Shown one piece after another: positions 10,098 through 20,273 of a stretch of DNA of 64,000 nt; positions within the stretch are counted from its first letter, which is position 1, and every line of letters begins with the position of its first letter. The notes under the pieces are model-generated. The model was not told where the DNA came from. It did no database searches and was given only the letters and a program-made list of their open reading frames with translations. Source of the stretch: Candidatus Latescibacterota bacterium (GTDB lineage: Bacteria; Latescibacterota; UBA2968; UBA8231). Location of the stretch: contig CBDFJF010000002.1 of assembly GCA_965248265.1 (NCBI GenBank), positions 736,001 to 800,000 on the forward strand. Direction: 5' to 3'. The translations under genes were made by a program, and so were the position numbers.

Positions 10098-11875
10098 TCC
10101 CGGGCACGCTCGTCCGCAGCGGAGCGCTCGCGGCCATGGTTGTTGTCGGTCTTGCGATAGAACCCGTGTTCGGAGTCGAATCGATGCGCCGATTCGTGCT
10201 CGCGGCAGGCGCCAATCTCGGAGGTCAACACCGCATCCCACTGCAATACGCGATCTCCGATGCCGAGAAATTCACCGATGTGATGGTGGCGATGGGTGGC
10301 GTGCGCGCGACAGATCGCGTGCTGCTGTCGGACCCTGATCGCTCGGGATTTCAGCGCGCGGTCGAGGAATTGCGGACCCAGGTGGCGGCTGCCAAGCTCG
10401 AGGCCCGGCGCACCGAGGTCCTCGTCTACTATTCGGGGCACGCTGACGAGGAGGGTTTACTGATCGGCGAGGAACGGCTCGGTTACCGGGAGCTGCGGGG
10501 GTTGATGGATCGCATCGACGCGGACGTGCGCATCGCCATCCTGGATGCCTGTGCCTCGGGGGCCATCACCCGTATAAAGGGTGGTACCCGTCGCAATGCC
10601 TTCGAGGTGGACACCTCCTCCGACATGCGCGGCTATGCCTTCCTGACCTCGAGTTCGGCGGAGGAAACAGCTCAGGAATCGGATCGCATCCAGGCCTCCT
10701 TCTTCACGCATTACCTGGTATCGGGCATGCGGGGTGGAGCCGACGTGTCCGGAGACGGCAAGGTGACGCTGAACGAAGCCTATCAGTTTGCCTACAACGA
10801 GACCTTGAATCGGACGGTGGAGTCCCAGGGTGGAGCTCAACACCCGGCCTATCATATCAATCTCTCCGGCACAGGCGATGTCGTCATGACGGACGTCCGT
10901 CAGACATCGGCGGGCCTGGTTTTGGGAGAGGGACTGAACGGCCGGGTTTTTCTGCGCAATGCTGATGACCAGCTTGTGGCCGAGCTGCATAAACCCGAAG
11001 GGCGGATCGTCGAAATCGCCCTCGAGGCGGGTGCCTACGGGATTCACCTGGAGCACAAGGAGGATCTGTTCGTCGCCCGAACAGATGTGGTCAAGGGACA
11101 GCGAACCGAGCTGGTGCGATCGCAATTCACTCCGGTGACACGGGAACAGACCGCCATGCGCGGGTTGCCCGGTGGCCGGCGAACGTATTCAGACCCGCGC
11201 GCGGCGATGCTGCCGTTCGGTGGATTGGCGGGCCGGGCCCGGCTGGAGTTCCATCTGGGAACCGTCGGCCCGCAGCCGAAACTGCTGCCGGATTCGGGGG
11301 AGGAGAATCTACGCGGGCAGGAAACCGCCGATACCGAGGGCACCGCGGACTTCACTCCCATCCCGGTGGCGAACGTCGATCCCTGGAGCGTGCTCTCCGG
11401 TCTGACTCTCGGCTGTTGGATAACGGAGGACTTTTCCGTCAACCTGAGCTACTCGGCGCTGGGCAGTGAGGTCGCCAACATTGTTGGGCCTCCCAGTGTC
11501 GATTCCAGACTGAGCCGCGTCGACATCAGCTTGGCCTCCGTACAGTTGGGCGTGGGCCGGCATTTCGATCTACCATACCTGTCGCCGCTATTGAAGGCCC
11601 AGGTCTCGACCTCGGTCGGCTCGTTCATCGGCCATGTCGACGGGCGAACGGTCGGTGAAGCACCGCTGGCCTGGAAGCGCACCATGCGTTCCGTGGGTGG
11701 CCAGATCGGTGCAGGCATCGATCTTCAGATCAACCGCCATGTCATGCTGGGTGCTCGCGGTGGCTACAATCTCATGGCCGATTTCGAAGAGCCATTGGGT
11801 GGCCGCGACAACTACAGCGGCGCCGAGTTCAGCCTCGGGTTGAGCTGGCTCTTCGGCGGAGGCATTCCCAGGTAG
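10094..11875 (+). CDS. exported caspase-family (C14) peptidase with C-terminal outer-membrane beta-barrel-like domain
   Basis: Signal peptide; catalytic YYSGHA and LDACASG; EF-hand-like DVSGDGKVTLNE; amphipathic strands ending EFSLGLSWLF. Confidence 0.85.
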   Translation: MIPGTLVRSGALAAMVVVGLAIEPVFGVESMRRFVLAAGANLGGQHRIPLQYAISDAEKFTDVMVAMGGVRATDRVLLSDPDRSGFQRAVEELRTQVAAAKLEARRTEVLVYYSGHADEEGLLIGEERLGYRELRGLMDRIDADVRIAILDACASGAITRIKGGTRRNAFEVDTSSDMRGYAFLTSSSAEETAQESDRIQASFFTHYLVSGMRGGADVSGDGKVTLNEAYQFAYNETLNRTVESQGGAQHPAYHINLSGTGDVVMTDVRQTSAGLVLGEGLNGRVFLRNADDQLVAELHKPEGRIVEIALEAGAYGIHLEHKEDLFVARTDVVKGQRTELVRSQFTPVTREQTAMRGLPGGRRTYSDPRAAMLPFGGLAGRARLEFHLGTVGPQPKLLPDSGEENLRGQETADTEGTADFTPIPVANVDPWSVLSGLTLGCWITEDFSVNLSYSALGSEVANIVGPPSVDSRLSRVDISLASVQLGVGRHFDLPYLSPLLKAQVSTSVGSFIGHVDGRTVGEAPLAWKRTMRSVGGQIGAGIDLQINRHVMLGARGGYNLMADFEEPLGGRDNYSGAEFSLGLSWLFGGGIPR

Positions 11876-11888
11876 CCCCTCGCAAACG

Positions 11889-13475
11889 TCAACGGCTCTC
11901 CCCCCACTCTCCAGGAGCGGTGATGCTGTCGAGGATCACCCGCCGTCCGAATGCCGCTTCCACCACTGGCAGGGCATTGCGTTCGGTATCCCACAACTCC
12001 ACTGCCGGATGCTCGTCCGCAATCAGGGTCAAACGCAGCTGGTCGTCCGTCCACGACGTGATGACGTCGTTGATGGCGGCATTGCGGCCACGTTCGAGGT
12101 ACTCGGCCAGACGAAGCACGGCAGCGAGTCGGCGCAGCAGTGTCAGGTCATCCTCATCCAGAACGGCCTCGTAACCAGCGGTGTCCGGTGTGCCCTTGCG
12201 GTGGTACCGCGCCAGCAGGGCAATCAGGGCAATCTCGCGTTGTGAAAAACCGGCCAGACCGTTGTACAGAATGAGGGTTTGGGAGTGCTTGTGATGGCCG
12301 TCATAGGCAATCGCGGTGCCCAAATCGTGCAGTAGAGCGCTGGCGTCGAGCAACTCTCGCTCTGCTGGGCCATAGCCGTGCAGCGGGACGAGTTGCTCGA
12401 ACAGACGGCTCGCGAGGTAACGCACATGATTCGCGTGCTGTTTCTGGTAGCGGTAGTTGCGCGCGATGTTGAGGACGCTGAAGCGCCTGACATCTGGGAT
12501 CACCGGATAGGGCAGATGCTGCCAGAAGTGCTCGCAGAAAATACCCTCTCGCAGCCCCCCGGTCGAAACGGTAATGGAGTCGACTCCGAGCGTGTCCATG
12601 ACCACCCGTACCACCAGGCTGCCCTGCAGGATGATATCGGCCCGGTCGGCGCTGAGGCCGGGGATATGCTGGCGTTCGTTCACGGACAGCCGGCGAAACT
12701 CGTCGATACTCTCGTCGACGGAAGTCCGGGTCAACGCGAAACCATGCAGAGTATGCAGGGGATTCATTTGACGCTCTGCTTCGATCTTGGCGAGGTTGCG
12801 GATAGTGCCCCCGATACCGACGAGGCCGGTACTCACCACTTGTTCGAGCCAGTCGATGGAGTTCAACTGGCCCTCGATTTCGGCCTCCAGCCGCCGCATA
12901 TCAGCCTTCTTCGGCGGATCGGAAATCGGGAATCGCTCTGTCAGCGCCAGGGCGCCCAGGGTCCGTGAAACCCCACGCTTGAAGCGGCCATCCTCGATCT
13001 CGCTGAGCTGGGCGCTACCGCCACCGATGTCGAGGATGGCGCCATCGCGCAGACCGGTGTCGTTGAGGGCTCCGATGGCGCCGTAATAGGCCTCGCGCTC
13101 ACCGTCGAGAACGCGCACCGTCAACCCGATCTCATCGCGCGCCTGTTCGACGAAGTCGGCGCCGTTGGCGGCATCGCGCACGGCACTCGTCGCCGTGGCC
13201 AGCACCACGTCGGTTTCGGTACTGTCGCAGAAACGCTTGAACAGCCGTAGAGTCGACAGGCCGCGGGCCATGGCGGCATCGCTGAGCCCTTCCTCCGTCA
13301 TGCCCTGACGGAGGCGGACGACCTCGCGTATTTCGTCTTCGAGACGGAAGGAGAAACCGGGAATCGCACTCAGAGCGATCAGCCGGGCCGTATTCGACCC
13401 GAGGTCAATGACGGCGACCCGGTGGCCGGCGGTCGTTACTGCTGGTGCCTGATCGACCTTGCCTGATTCGCTCAA
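11889..13475 (-). CDS. ppx: Ppx/GppA exopolyphosphatase
   Basis: IDLGSNT, ATSAVRDA, LDIGGGSAQ, GLREG, C-terminal HD domain (LLHDLG). Confidence 0.9.
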   Translation of the reverse strand: MSESGKVDQAPAVTTAGHRVAVIDLGSNTARLIALSAIPGFSFRLEDEIREVVRLRQGMTEEGLSDAAMARGLSTLRLFKRFCDSTETDVVLATATSAVRDAANGADFVEQARDEIGLTVRVLDGEREAYYGAIGALNDTGLRDGAILDIGGGSAQLSEIEDGRFKRGVSRTLGALALTERFPISDPPKKADMRRLEAEIEGQLNSIDWLEQVVSTGLVGIGGTIRNLAKIEAERQMNPLHTLHGFALTRTSVDESIDEFRRLSVNERQHIPGLSADRADIILQGSLVVRVVMDTLGVDSITVSTGGLREGIFCEHFWQHLPYPVIPDVRRFSVLNIARNYRYQKQHANHVRYLASRLFEQLVPLHGYGPAERELLDASALLHDLGTAIAYDGHHKHSQTLILYNGLAGFSQREIALIALLARYHRKGTPDTAGYEAVLDEDDLTLLRRLAAVLRLAEYLERGRNAAINDVITSWTDDQLRLTLIADEHPAVELWDTERNALPVVEAAFGRRVILDSITAPGEWGESR

Positions 13476-13494
13476 ATCACCTCACGACATGGCG

Positions 13495-14454
13495 CTACTG
13501 GGTGAGGGCTGTCAGGTCGTATGGATTCGACCAGGCCTTGGCGCCATCCGGACCGATCACTTCGAACCGCACCCAGCGCCAGGGAGCGCTCAGCTTGATC
13601 GAGCCGCTCTCAAAGAGTTCTCCGTGCTCGTGGTAGGTCGCGCCCTTGGTGTCGGAGATCGCCATGAGACGCTGGGCGGGTGTGCTGCGGATGGTGGCCT
13701 CGAGGGAGGGTCCGTCATCTGTGTCGGTGCGGGTAATGGCGATGTCATGGATCTGGGGTCCCGTCGTGCTGTAGGAAGCGCCGCTCACGAGGGCTTCGAC
13801 CACGGCGTCCGACGAGCGTTCCTTCACCCGGGCCATTGTCCAGCCTTCGTAGGTGTCGGAACGGTCCTCTTCGCGTGCATGGGAGTCATCGTTGCACAGC
13901 GCCGGCATCGGGAGACCCTTCAGCATCATCCAGTCATCCCAGTGCACTCCGGATTCGCCTCTGCCCATGCGGCGGCAGGTCGAGTTGAACACCTCGATAC
14001 CGGCCAGGCCTTCCAGTGGGTAGGTGTCGCGGAGGATGTTGATTCGACTCCAATGGGGATGGGCGAGCCAGATGTTGCCCCCTTGCTCGCGTACCCGGTC
14101 TATGACGAGCTGTGGTGGCATGGTCGTGCTGTCCATGTCTTCGTGGATATTCAGTGCGACGAAATGGTGCACTTCTCCGCCAAAGGGATTTTTGGGGTGC
14201 AGCTCAGCTCCTTGAATCAGGATGAAGCCGTCAGGACAGTCGACGCTGTCGATGCGGGTTATATCGTAATGATCGGACAGACACAGAAAGTCATACCCCT
14301 GTCCAGCGTAGCCGTCGAGTCGCTCCTGCGGTTCCGCCTTGCCGTCGGAATTCGTCGTGTGCGAATGCAGGTTACCCTTAACCCACTCGTAGCCGTCTTC
14401 GTCTTTCAACGAGAATGGATCCGCCAGCGTCGCGGTACCGTTTCCATCGGTCAT
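13495..14454 (-). CDS. PHP-family metallohydrolase (CehA/McbA-like)
   Basis: GNLHSHT..SDG, LSDH, AHP, NDDSH, AWSNP. Confidence 0.85.
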   Translation of the reverse strand: MTDGNGTATLADPFSLKDEDGYEWVKGNLHSHTTNSDGKAEPQERLDGYAGQGYDFLCLSDHYDITRIDSVDCPDGFILIQGAELHPKNPFGGEVHHFVALNIHEDMDSTTMPPQLVIDRVREQGGNIWLAHPHWSRINILRDTYPLEGLAGIEVFNSTCRRMGRGESGVHWDDWMMLKGLPMPALCNDDSHAREEDRSDTYEGWTMARVKERSSDAVVEALVSGASYSTTGPQIHDIAITRTDTDDGPSLEATIRSTPAQRLMAISDTKGATYHEHGELFESGSIKLSAPWRWVRFEVIGPDGAKAWSNPYDLTALTQ

Positions 14455-14806
14455 CTATTGCTCTCCTGTCATTCAGTATTGTGTGCCGGTTTTACGCAAC
14501 CCCGGCGCTCCGTGTCGTTCTCCGAAACTCCATGTCGCCATCTTCGATAACCGACTCAGTACATGTAGTAGGAAGCAGCTAAGGATACCGAAAGGGTTGC
14601 CCCCCTTCAAGTAGGAGTGTGATACATGAGTCAGAGGACTATACCGACTGCTGGACGCAGCATATCGCTCAGAGGTATCCGGCGTTGAAGAATGGGTAGC
14701 ACTACTGGGATAGGACGCGAATATCGCAAGAATTTGTCAGAGTGACCGATATACCGAATAGACAGAACCGGATCAGGCCGTTTATTCCGAGCAAGGGACG
14801 CGTACG

Positions 14807-15862
14807 ATGCAGGAGTCCGCGGGTCGCGAGACCGAAGAGTTGGGCGTTGGAGGCGACAAGGAGCCGGGTGAGGAGATCCCCGTCTACCAGAGGGTCGCCA
14901 TCATCATGGTCGCTCTGGGTGAAGAAGCCTCTGGACAGGTGATGAAATACCTGTCCGACTTCGAGATCGAGGAGATCACCCAGGCTATCGCCGACACCAA
15001 GAACGTGACCCCGCAAATCATGGATCTGGTGCTGGAAGACTTCGAGCAGCACCTGATGGCCGGCCATTACATCAGCCAGGGTGGTGTCGATTTCGCGCGC
15101 GACGTGCTCGAACGGGCTGTCGGTGCGCGTAAGGCGCAGGAAATACTGGAACGCGTCAACACCCGGGCTTCGTCCGGCTTCTACATCCTCAAGAACGTGG
15201 CGGCGCAGCAGATCGCGCCGTTCATCTCCAACGAGCATCCGCAGACGATAGGCCTGATTCTTTCGCAATTAGATCCTGACCAGGCGGCCGGGATTCTCTC
15301 ACAGTTGCCCGAGCGCATGCAATCGGAGGTCGCTTACCGCATCGCGACCATGGAGAACATCACTCCCAATGTGCTGGAGCAGATCGAGGAGAGCCTGGAG
15401 GCATCGTTGCGCGACATGCTCACAGGCAACCAGGACGTCGGGGGCCCTAAGGTCGTCGCCGACATCCTCAACCTGACCGGATCCAGTGTGGAGAAGAATG
15501 TGCTGGAGCAGATGGATGGGACGGATCCCGAGGTAGCAGAAGAGGTGCGCAATCTCATGTTCGTGTTCGCCGATCTCGTGAAACTGACCGACAAGGAGCT
15601 CCAGGTGCTGATGCGGGAAGTGGAGCAGAAAGACCTCGTCGTTGCCCTGAAGGCGGCCGACCAGGACCTCAAGGACAAGGTGCTGTCGAACATGTCCGAG
15701 CGGGTACGCAGCTTCATCGAGGAAGAGATGGAGTTTCTCGGCCCCATGCGCTTGAGCGAAGTCGAGGAGATTCAACTGCGGGTCGTGCAGCAGGCCAGAC
15801 AGCTGGAAGACCAGGGTCAGATTACGATAACCCGCGGGGACGCCAGCGAAGAGTTCGTCTAA
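14807..15862 (+). CDS. fliG: flagellar motor switch protein FliG
   Basis: EHPQTI, GG linker, MFVF, NMSER, GPMRLSEVEE. Confidence 0.92.
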   Translation: MQESAGRETEELGVGGDKEPGEEIPVYQRVAIIMVALGEEASGQVMKYLSDFEIEEITQAIADTKNVTPQIMDLVLEDFEQHLMAGHYISQGGVDFARDVLERAVGARKAQEILERVNTRASSGFYILKNVAAQQIAPFISNEHPQTIGLILSQLDPDQAAGILSQLPERMQSEVAYRIATMENITPNVLEQIEESLEASLRDMLTGNQDVGGPKVVADILNLTGSSVEKNVLEQMDGTDPEVAEEVRNLMFVFADLVKLTDKELQVLMREVEQKDLVVALKAADQDLKDKVLSNMSERVRSFIEEEMEFLGPMRLSEVEEIQLRVVQQARQLEDQGQITITRGDASEEFV

Positions 15863-15905
15863 TCGGACAGCAGGCCCAGCCTGCTCAACATCACCATCAC
15901 CATAC

Positions 15906-15939
15906 AGCCGTCCTCGTGGGAGAGAGGAACGGCTTTTTT
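15906..15939 (+). terminator. intrinsic terminator after fliG
   Basis: AGCCGTCCTC...GAGGAACGGCT hairpin followed by T-tract. Confidence 0.6.
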
Positions 15940-16010
15940 GTGTACATTCGCCTCCTCATCGAGGCATCGAATCCACTGTTTCTTCTCGAACGCAGAACCC
16001 AAGCGTCACC

Positions 16011-17036
16011 ATGTTCGATGGAGCGCACATGAGCACGAAGTTGCCCGACCTGTTGGCGATGCAACCTTACCTGAGAGAAATGGTATGGGGTGGGCGCCGT
16101 CTCGGGGAGCTGTTTGGCAAGGACTTGCCGGACGCACGGCCGATCGGTGAATCGTGGGAGGTTTCCGCCTATCCCAACTGTGAGAGCCGGGTCCGCGGTG
16201 GTGCTCTCGACGGTCGATCGATCAGCAGTCTGCTGGCCGAGTACGGACCCGAGTTGATCGGCACAGCGCCCTGGGAGCGCTACGGGGGTGCTTTTCCCCT
16301 GTTGATCAAGCTCATCGACGCCAATGCCGATTTGTCGATTCAAGTACACCCGGATGACGACTATGCGACGAATAATGGACTAGCCGACTCGGGCAAGTCC
16401 GAGGCCTGGTACGTCCTTGAGGAGGGCAGTGGCCGTGCATGCCTGGGTCTCAAGGAGGGCGTCGGGCGCGCGGAATTGGCCGAGGCGATCAGGGCAGGGA
16501 CCGTCCTGGATGTGGTCGAGTTTCGCCAGCTGCAACCAGGCGACTGCCTGGACGTGCGGCCGGGCACCGTTCACGCCAGCTGCAAGGGGTTGCTGATTTA
16601 CGAAGTGCAGCAACCGAGCGACCTGACTTTCCGTATCTACGACTACGACCGCCTGGGATTGGATGGCAACAAGCGCGAGCTCCACATCGACCAGTCTCTG
16701 GAGGTGATCGATTTCAGCGGCCATTCGCACACTTTCATTGCCGCTGCGGTCGGCAACCCGGTTGTCCGCTCCCTAGTCGATGGTGATCACTTCAAACTCG
16801 TTCACCATACAGTATCCGGATCAATCACGCACTCCAGCGGTCTTACCTGTAGCGCGCTGACGGCGATCAAGGGGAGTGGGCACATCAGCGCTACCGACAT
16901 CGAGCTCGAGTGGGCGGCCGGCGATACCGTGCTGATTCCCCCGCGGTGCACGATATCCGTGACGACACGAGATGTGCAACCCGGACAGCGGCTTGAATTT
17001 TTGGAAGCGCTCCCGGCTTCCGCTGACCAGGCATGA
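16011..17036 (+). CDS. manA: type I mannose-6-phosphate isomerase
   Basis: WGGRRL, IGESWE, PLLIKLIDA..DLSIQVHP, GKSEAW, PGTVH, EVQQPSDLTFR. Confidence 0.9.
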   Translation: MFDGAHMSTKLPDLLAMQPYLREMVWGGRRLGELFGKDLPDARPIGESWEVSAYPNCESRVRGGALDGRSISSLLAEYGPELIGTAPWERYGGAFPLLIKLIDANADLSIQVHPDDDYATNNGLADSGKSEAWYVLEEGSGRACLGLKEGVGRAELAEAIRAGTVLDVVEFRQLQPGDCLDVRPGTVHASCKGLLIYEVQQPSDLTFRIYDYDRLGLDGNKRELHIDQSLEVIDFSGHSHTFIAAAVGNPVVRSLVDGDHFKLVHHTVSGSITHSSGLTCSALTAIKGSGHISATDIELEWAAGDTVLIPPRCTISVTTRDVQPGQRLEFLEALPASADQA

Positions 17037-17044
17037 GGTAACCC

Positions 17045-18121
17045 ATGAAGTACGTGATCAGGGCCGGCGGGGTCGGCACTAGGTTATGGCCATACAGCAG
17101 GTCGTCGAAACCGAAGCAGTTTCACGCGATGTCCGGCCCCCGGTCGATGATCCAGGACGCCGTTGGGCGAATCGCACCAATCGCCTCCACGGAGGACATC
17201 TACGTGTCGACGGCAGCGGCTTTGCAGGATCTGGTCCACGAACATTTACCAGAATTACCCCCAGACCACGTCATACTGGAACCGGCCTTGCGCAATACCG
17301 GTCCCGCCGTGGGCCTGGAGTGTGCCCTTCTCGAAGCGCGCTACCCTGGCTGCACGATTGCGAGCCTGGGTTCCGATCACCTGGTAGGCCGTCCGCAGGA
17401 GTTCTGCCGACTGTTGAGCGTGGCCGAACAGGCTGTCGACGAGCACCCTGATTACCTGTTTACGATTGGAGTGAAGCCGACGAGGCTGGAAACTGGTTAC
17501 GGGTATATCCGCAAGGGGGAGACGCTGTGCACGACGGACGGGGAAGCGGTATTCACGGCCGTTGAGTTTACTGAGAAACCAGATGAGCCAACCGCGCGCA
17601 AGTACCTGGACAGCGGTGATTTTCTGTGGAACACGAACATGTTCGTGTGGAAGGCGAGCACGGTACTGGACCTGTTCGCTCGCTTCGAACCGGACACGCA
17701 CAACGGCTTGATGCAGATCGCGGACGCCGTGGGCAGCGCCCGGGAAGGGGAGGTCATCGAAGCCGTGTACCCGGCTCTAACCTCGATGGCCATCGACAAC
17801 GCCATCATCGAGCCGGCGCCTCACGTGGCGACACTGGAGGGGAACCTGGACTGGGGCGACATCGGCAGTTGGGCGGCACTGACGGACGTGCTGCGGGCGG
17901 ATGATGACGGCAACCTGTTTGACGGTGATGTTGTGGCTCTGGACGCACGGAATACGACCGCCTACGGCCACCGTGAAAAGCTGCTGGCGCTGATCGGTGT
18001 GGAGGATCTCGTCATCGTTGATACGGACGATGTGCTGCTGGTATGCCGCAAGGAAGATGCCCAGCGGGTCAAGGAACTAGTTGATTACCTCCAGAACGAG
18101 CGCGGAAACAAATACACATGA
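17045..18121 (+). CDS. manC: mannose-1-phosphate guanylyltransferase
   Basis: AGGVGTRLWPYSR..KPKQF, EP..RNT, TGYGYI, FTEKP, WGDIGSW. Confidence 0.92.
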   Translation: MKYVIRAGGVGTRLWPYSRSSKPKQFHAMSGPRSMIQDAVGRIAPIASTEDIYVSTAAALQDLVHEHLPELPPDHVILEPALRNTGPAVGLECALLEARYPGCTIASLGSDHLVGRPQEFCRLLSVAEQAVDEHPDYLFTIGVKPTRLETGYGYIRKGETLCTTDGEAVFTAVEFTEKPDEPTARKYLDSGDFLWNTNMFVWKASTVLDLFARFEPDTHNGLMQIADAVGSAREGEVIEAVYPALTSMAIDNAIIEPAPHVATLEGNLDWGDIGSWAALTDVLRADDDGNLFDGDVVALDARNTTAYGHREKLLALIGVEDLVIVDTDDVLLVCRKEDAQRVKELVDYLQNERGNKYT

Positions 18122-18350
18122 GGGCGCCGACGGGCCATCCTGGTCCTGTTTTTCCGCCCGGCAGGAATCTTCGACTTCCATCCATCCAGTCGTTTCCCGG
18201 TAGTTTGGTGATTTGGATCACCATCTCTACTACATCTTGTGGGCAGCTTTACCTGAGCCACTAGAAACCACGCCTAAGTATAAAGTTTGCATTGGTTTAA
18301 CCGATACTACTGAGGCGGGCAGAGATGGATCTGTGCCCCGCTGAGACCGT

Positions 18351-19109
18351 GTGGCAGGTGATGATAAGTCAATGACGAACGTTATCGGTGTTATCGGGGT
18401 TCTCTGTGTTGTCTGGGGTCTATTCGGTGTATTCCAATACCCCGCCAAGGAGAGCATTCGCGACAAGCAACCTTCGGTTCAGCAACCGACAGAACCGCAG
18501 CGCTCCAAGGTCCCGATCAATCCCCGCAGCCTGGCGACTGACAGCCACGAGCAACCACCGAAGCAGGAGAGCATTGCGGAGGTTTCCTACTACCCGCTAG
18601 AGGTCGGCCGGTACTGGGTGTATGAATACGAGGATGAGGCGAATAAGGCGACAGTGGAAATTGTGCGTACGATCAACGGCCGCGAACGCAGGGACGGCAA
18701 GGAACTGTTCTTTTTTGATGACGGCACGGTCGCCTATACAGACGATGGCAAGGTGTTCGAGATGGGCGCGGAAGGTGGAGTCAATGTCATACCCGTGGAT
18801 GCGGATAGCACGCCAACGCCATACGTCTATACCTCCGAAGACATGCTGATCCACAAGGAAGTCGGTGCGCGGGACACCTCGGTGGTGTTGGGAGGGCAGC
18901 GGTTCACCGGCTGTCTGGAAATCATTACGAAGTTTGAATCGGCAAGAACCGACGACCGACGCAGGGCGATCTCATACTCGTCGTTTTACGCGCCCCACAT
19001 CGGCCTGGTGGGTCGCGAAGGATGGCCGGAGCGGGACATGTCGCTGGTCCTTACCAGGCATGGATCCAGGCAACCCGGGCTTTCCACACCAATTTCCAAG
19101 GCTCTGTAA
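18351..19109 (+). CDS. membrane-anchored hypothetical protein (DUF3108/TapB-like beta fold)
   Basis: N-terminal TM; YYPLEVGRYWVY and FYAPHIGLV motifs. Confidence 0.55.
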   Translation: MAGDDKSMTNVIGVIGVLCVVWGLFGVFQYPAKESIRDKQPSVQQPTEPQRSKVPINPRSLATDSHEQPPKQESIAEVSYYPLEVGRYWVYEYEDEANKATVEIVRTINGRERRDGKELFFFDDGTVAYTDDGKVFEMGAEGGVNVIPVDADSTPTPYVYTSEDMLIHKEVGARDTSVVLGGQRFTGCLEIITKFESARTDDRRRAISYSSFYAPHIGLVGREGWPERDMSLVLTRHGSRQPGLSTPISKAL

Positions 19110-20273
19110 GTGATGAGGCAGAAAACAGGATCTCTCAAGCAGTACATGGCAACATGGTGGGTGAGTGTGGCCTGTTGTGGAGTGCTCCCATCCATCTGCA
19201 ACGCCGACGGTCACGAGGCAGCTGCCCCGAACGTGGAAGACTCCATGATGATGGAGTCCACAGCCGTCACCGCGATGACGACGGTTGTCGAGGTTTCAGG
19301 ACCGGAGGTTACGCTCGGAGCGGGCAGCCAACACGGCATGGTCATGGCAGCCGAGGTGACGTTGCTGCGCGAAGGGGAGCCGATCGTTCATCCCTTGACC
19401 GGTCAGATTCTCGGCGTTCCCCAGGAGCCCGTGGGGTTGGTGCATGTTTTTGAGGTACAGGAACAAACCGCAAAGGCCCGGCTCGTGAAGGCCTACTCCG
19501 AACCCATGGTCGATGATCTGGCAGAGTACATGCAGGTCATGGTGGAAGCGCCCGAACCCGACGTCAAGGACGTCGTCGATGAGTTTGCGCAGCGGGTGAA
19601 GGAATTGGAGTCCAGCGTTCAGGATTATGAGAAGGCAAACGAGACCCTGACCAAGTCGTATCCGGCTTTCGCTCGTCGCATCTGGGATGAGATCTCAGCC
19701 ATGCGCTCGTACATGGTTTCCCTCGACGAACGTCTGGTTGAGCTCGAGGAGCAGCAGAGCGAAGACCACACGAGGTTGGCGTCGGTGATGACCGGTGAGT
19801 ATCGCCCGGAGGATCTGAAGGAATTCACCATCAAGTACACGCCGGATACACAAATCAAGCTGCAGGCATCGGGCAAAACACTACTGATCAGCGTGGTCAA
19901 CGACAGCGTGCGCATTGACAGCCCGCCGATGGGGATGCACGACGAGACCATGACGGATATCAGGATGCCACCCGAAATGGACGACGACGGGGACGGCATC
20001 ATGGCTGCCATCGCATCGTGGTTCGGCGGCAGCGGTGAGGGTGACGTAGATGAGGTCGTCGCCATGGGTGAGGATGAAGACGAGGGTGAAGCAGGTGGCG
20101 ACAGCGATTTCTGGCTTTGGGCGGCAGCAGGCGGGCTCCTGGTTGCCCTGCTCATAATGGCCATTCTGATCATCAAACGACGCTACAAAGACGTGATGGA
20201 CGGCTTGGACGAATTCGACGACGAGTACCTCGACGACGAAGACAGTGAAGAAGATGATGAAGAAGAGTACTAA
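19110..20273 (+). CDS. hypothetical envelope protein: FlgT_C-like domain, coiled coil, C-terminal TM, acidic tail
   Basis: VTLGAGSQHGM...REGEPIVHPLTGQILG; TM FWLWAAAGGLLVALLIMAILII-KRR; D/E-rich tail. Confidence 0.6.
   Translation: MMRQKTGSLKQYMATWWVSVACCGVLPSICNADGHEAAAPNVEDSMMMESTAVTAMTTVVEVSGPEVTLGAGSQHGMVMAAEVTLLREGEPIVHPLTGQILGVPQEPVGLVHVFEVQEQTAKARLVKAYSEPMVDDLAEYMQVMVEAPEPDVKDVVDEFAQRVKELESSVQDYEKANETLTKSYPAFARRIWDEISAMRSYMVSLDERLVELEEQQSEDHTRLASVMTGEYRPEDLKEFTIKYTPDTQIKLQASGKTLLISVVNDSVRIDSPPMGMHDETMTDIRMPPEMDDDGDGIMAAIASWFGGSGEGDVDEVVAMGEDEDEGEAGGDSDFWLWAAAGGLLVALLIMAILIIKRRYKDVMDGLDEFDDEYLDDEDSEEDDEEEY

Noticed and set aside
14555-14610. SRP RNA- or c-di-GMP riboswitch-like sequence upstream of fliG (AGGAAGCAGC, CCGAAAGG)
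   Set aside because: Lacks the CAGG-GNRA helix of SRP RNA and the GCAAA/GACGCAAA elements of GEMM; an Rfam scan would be needed.
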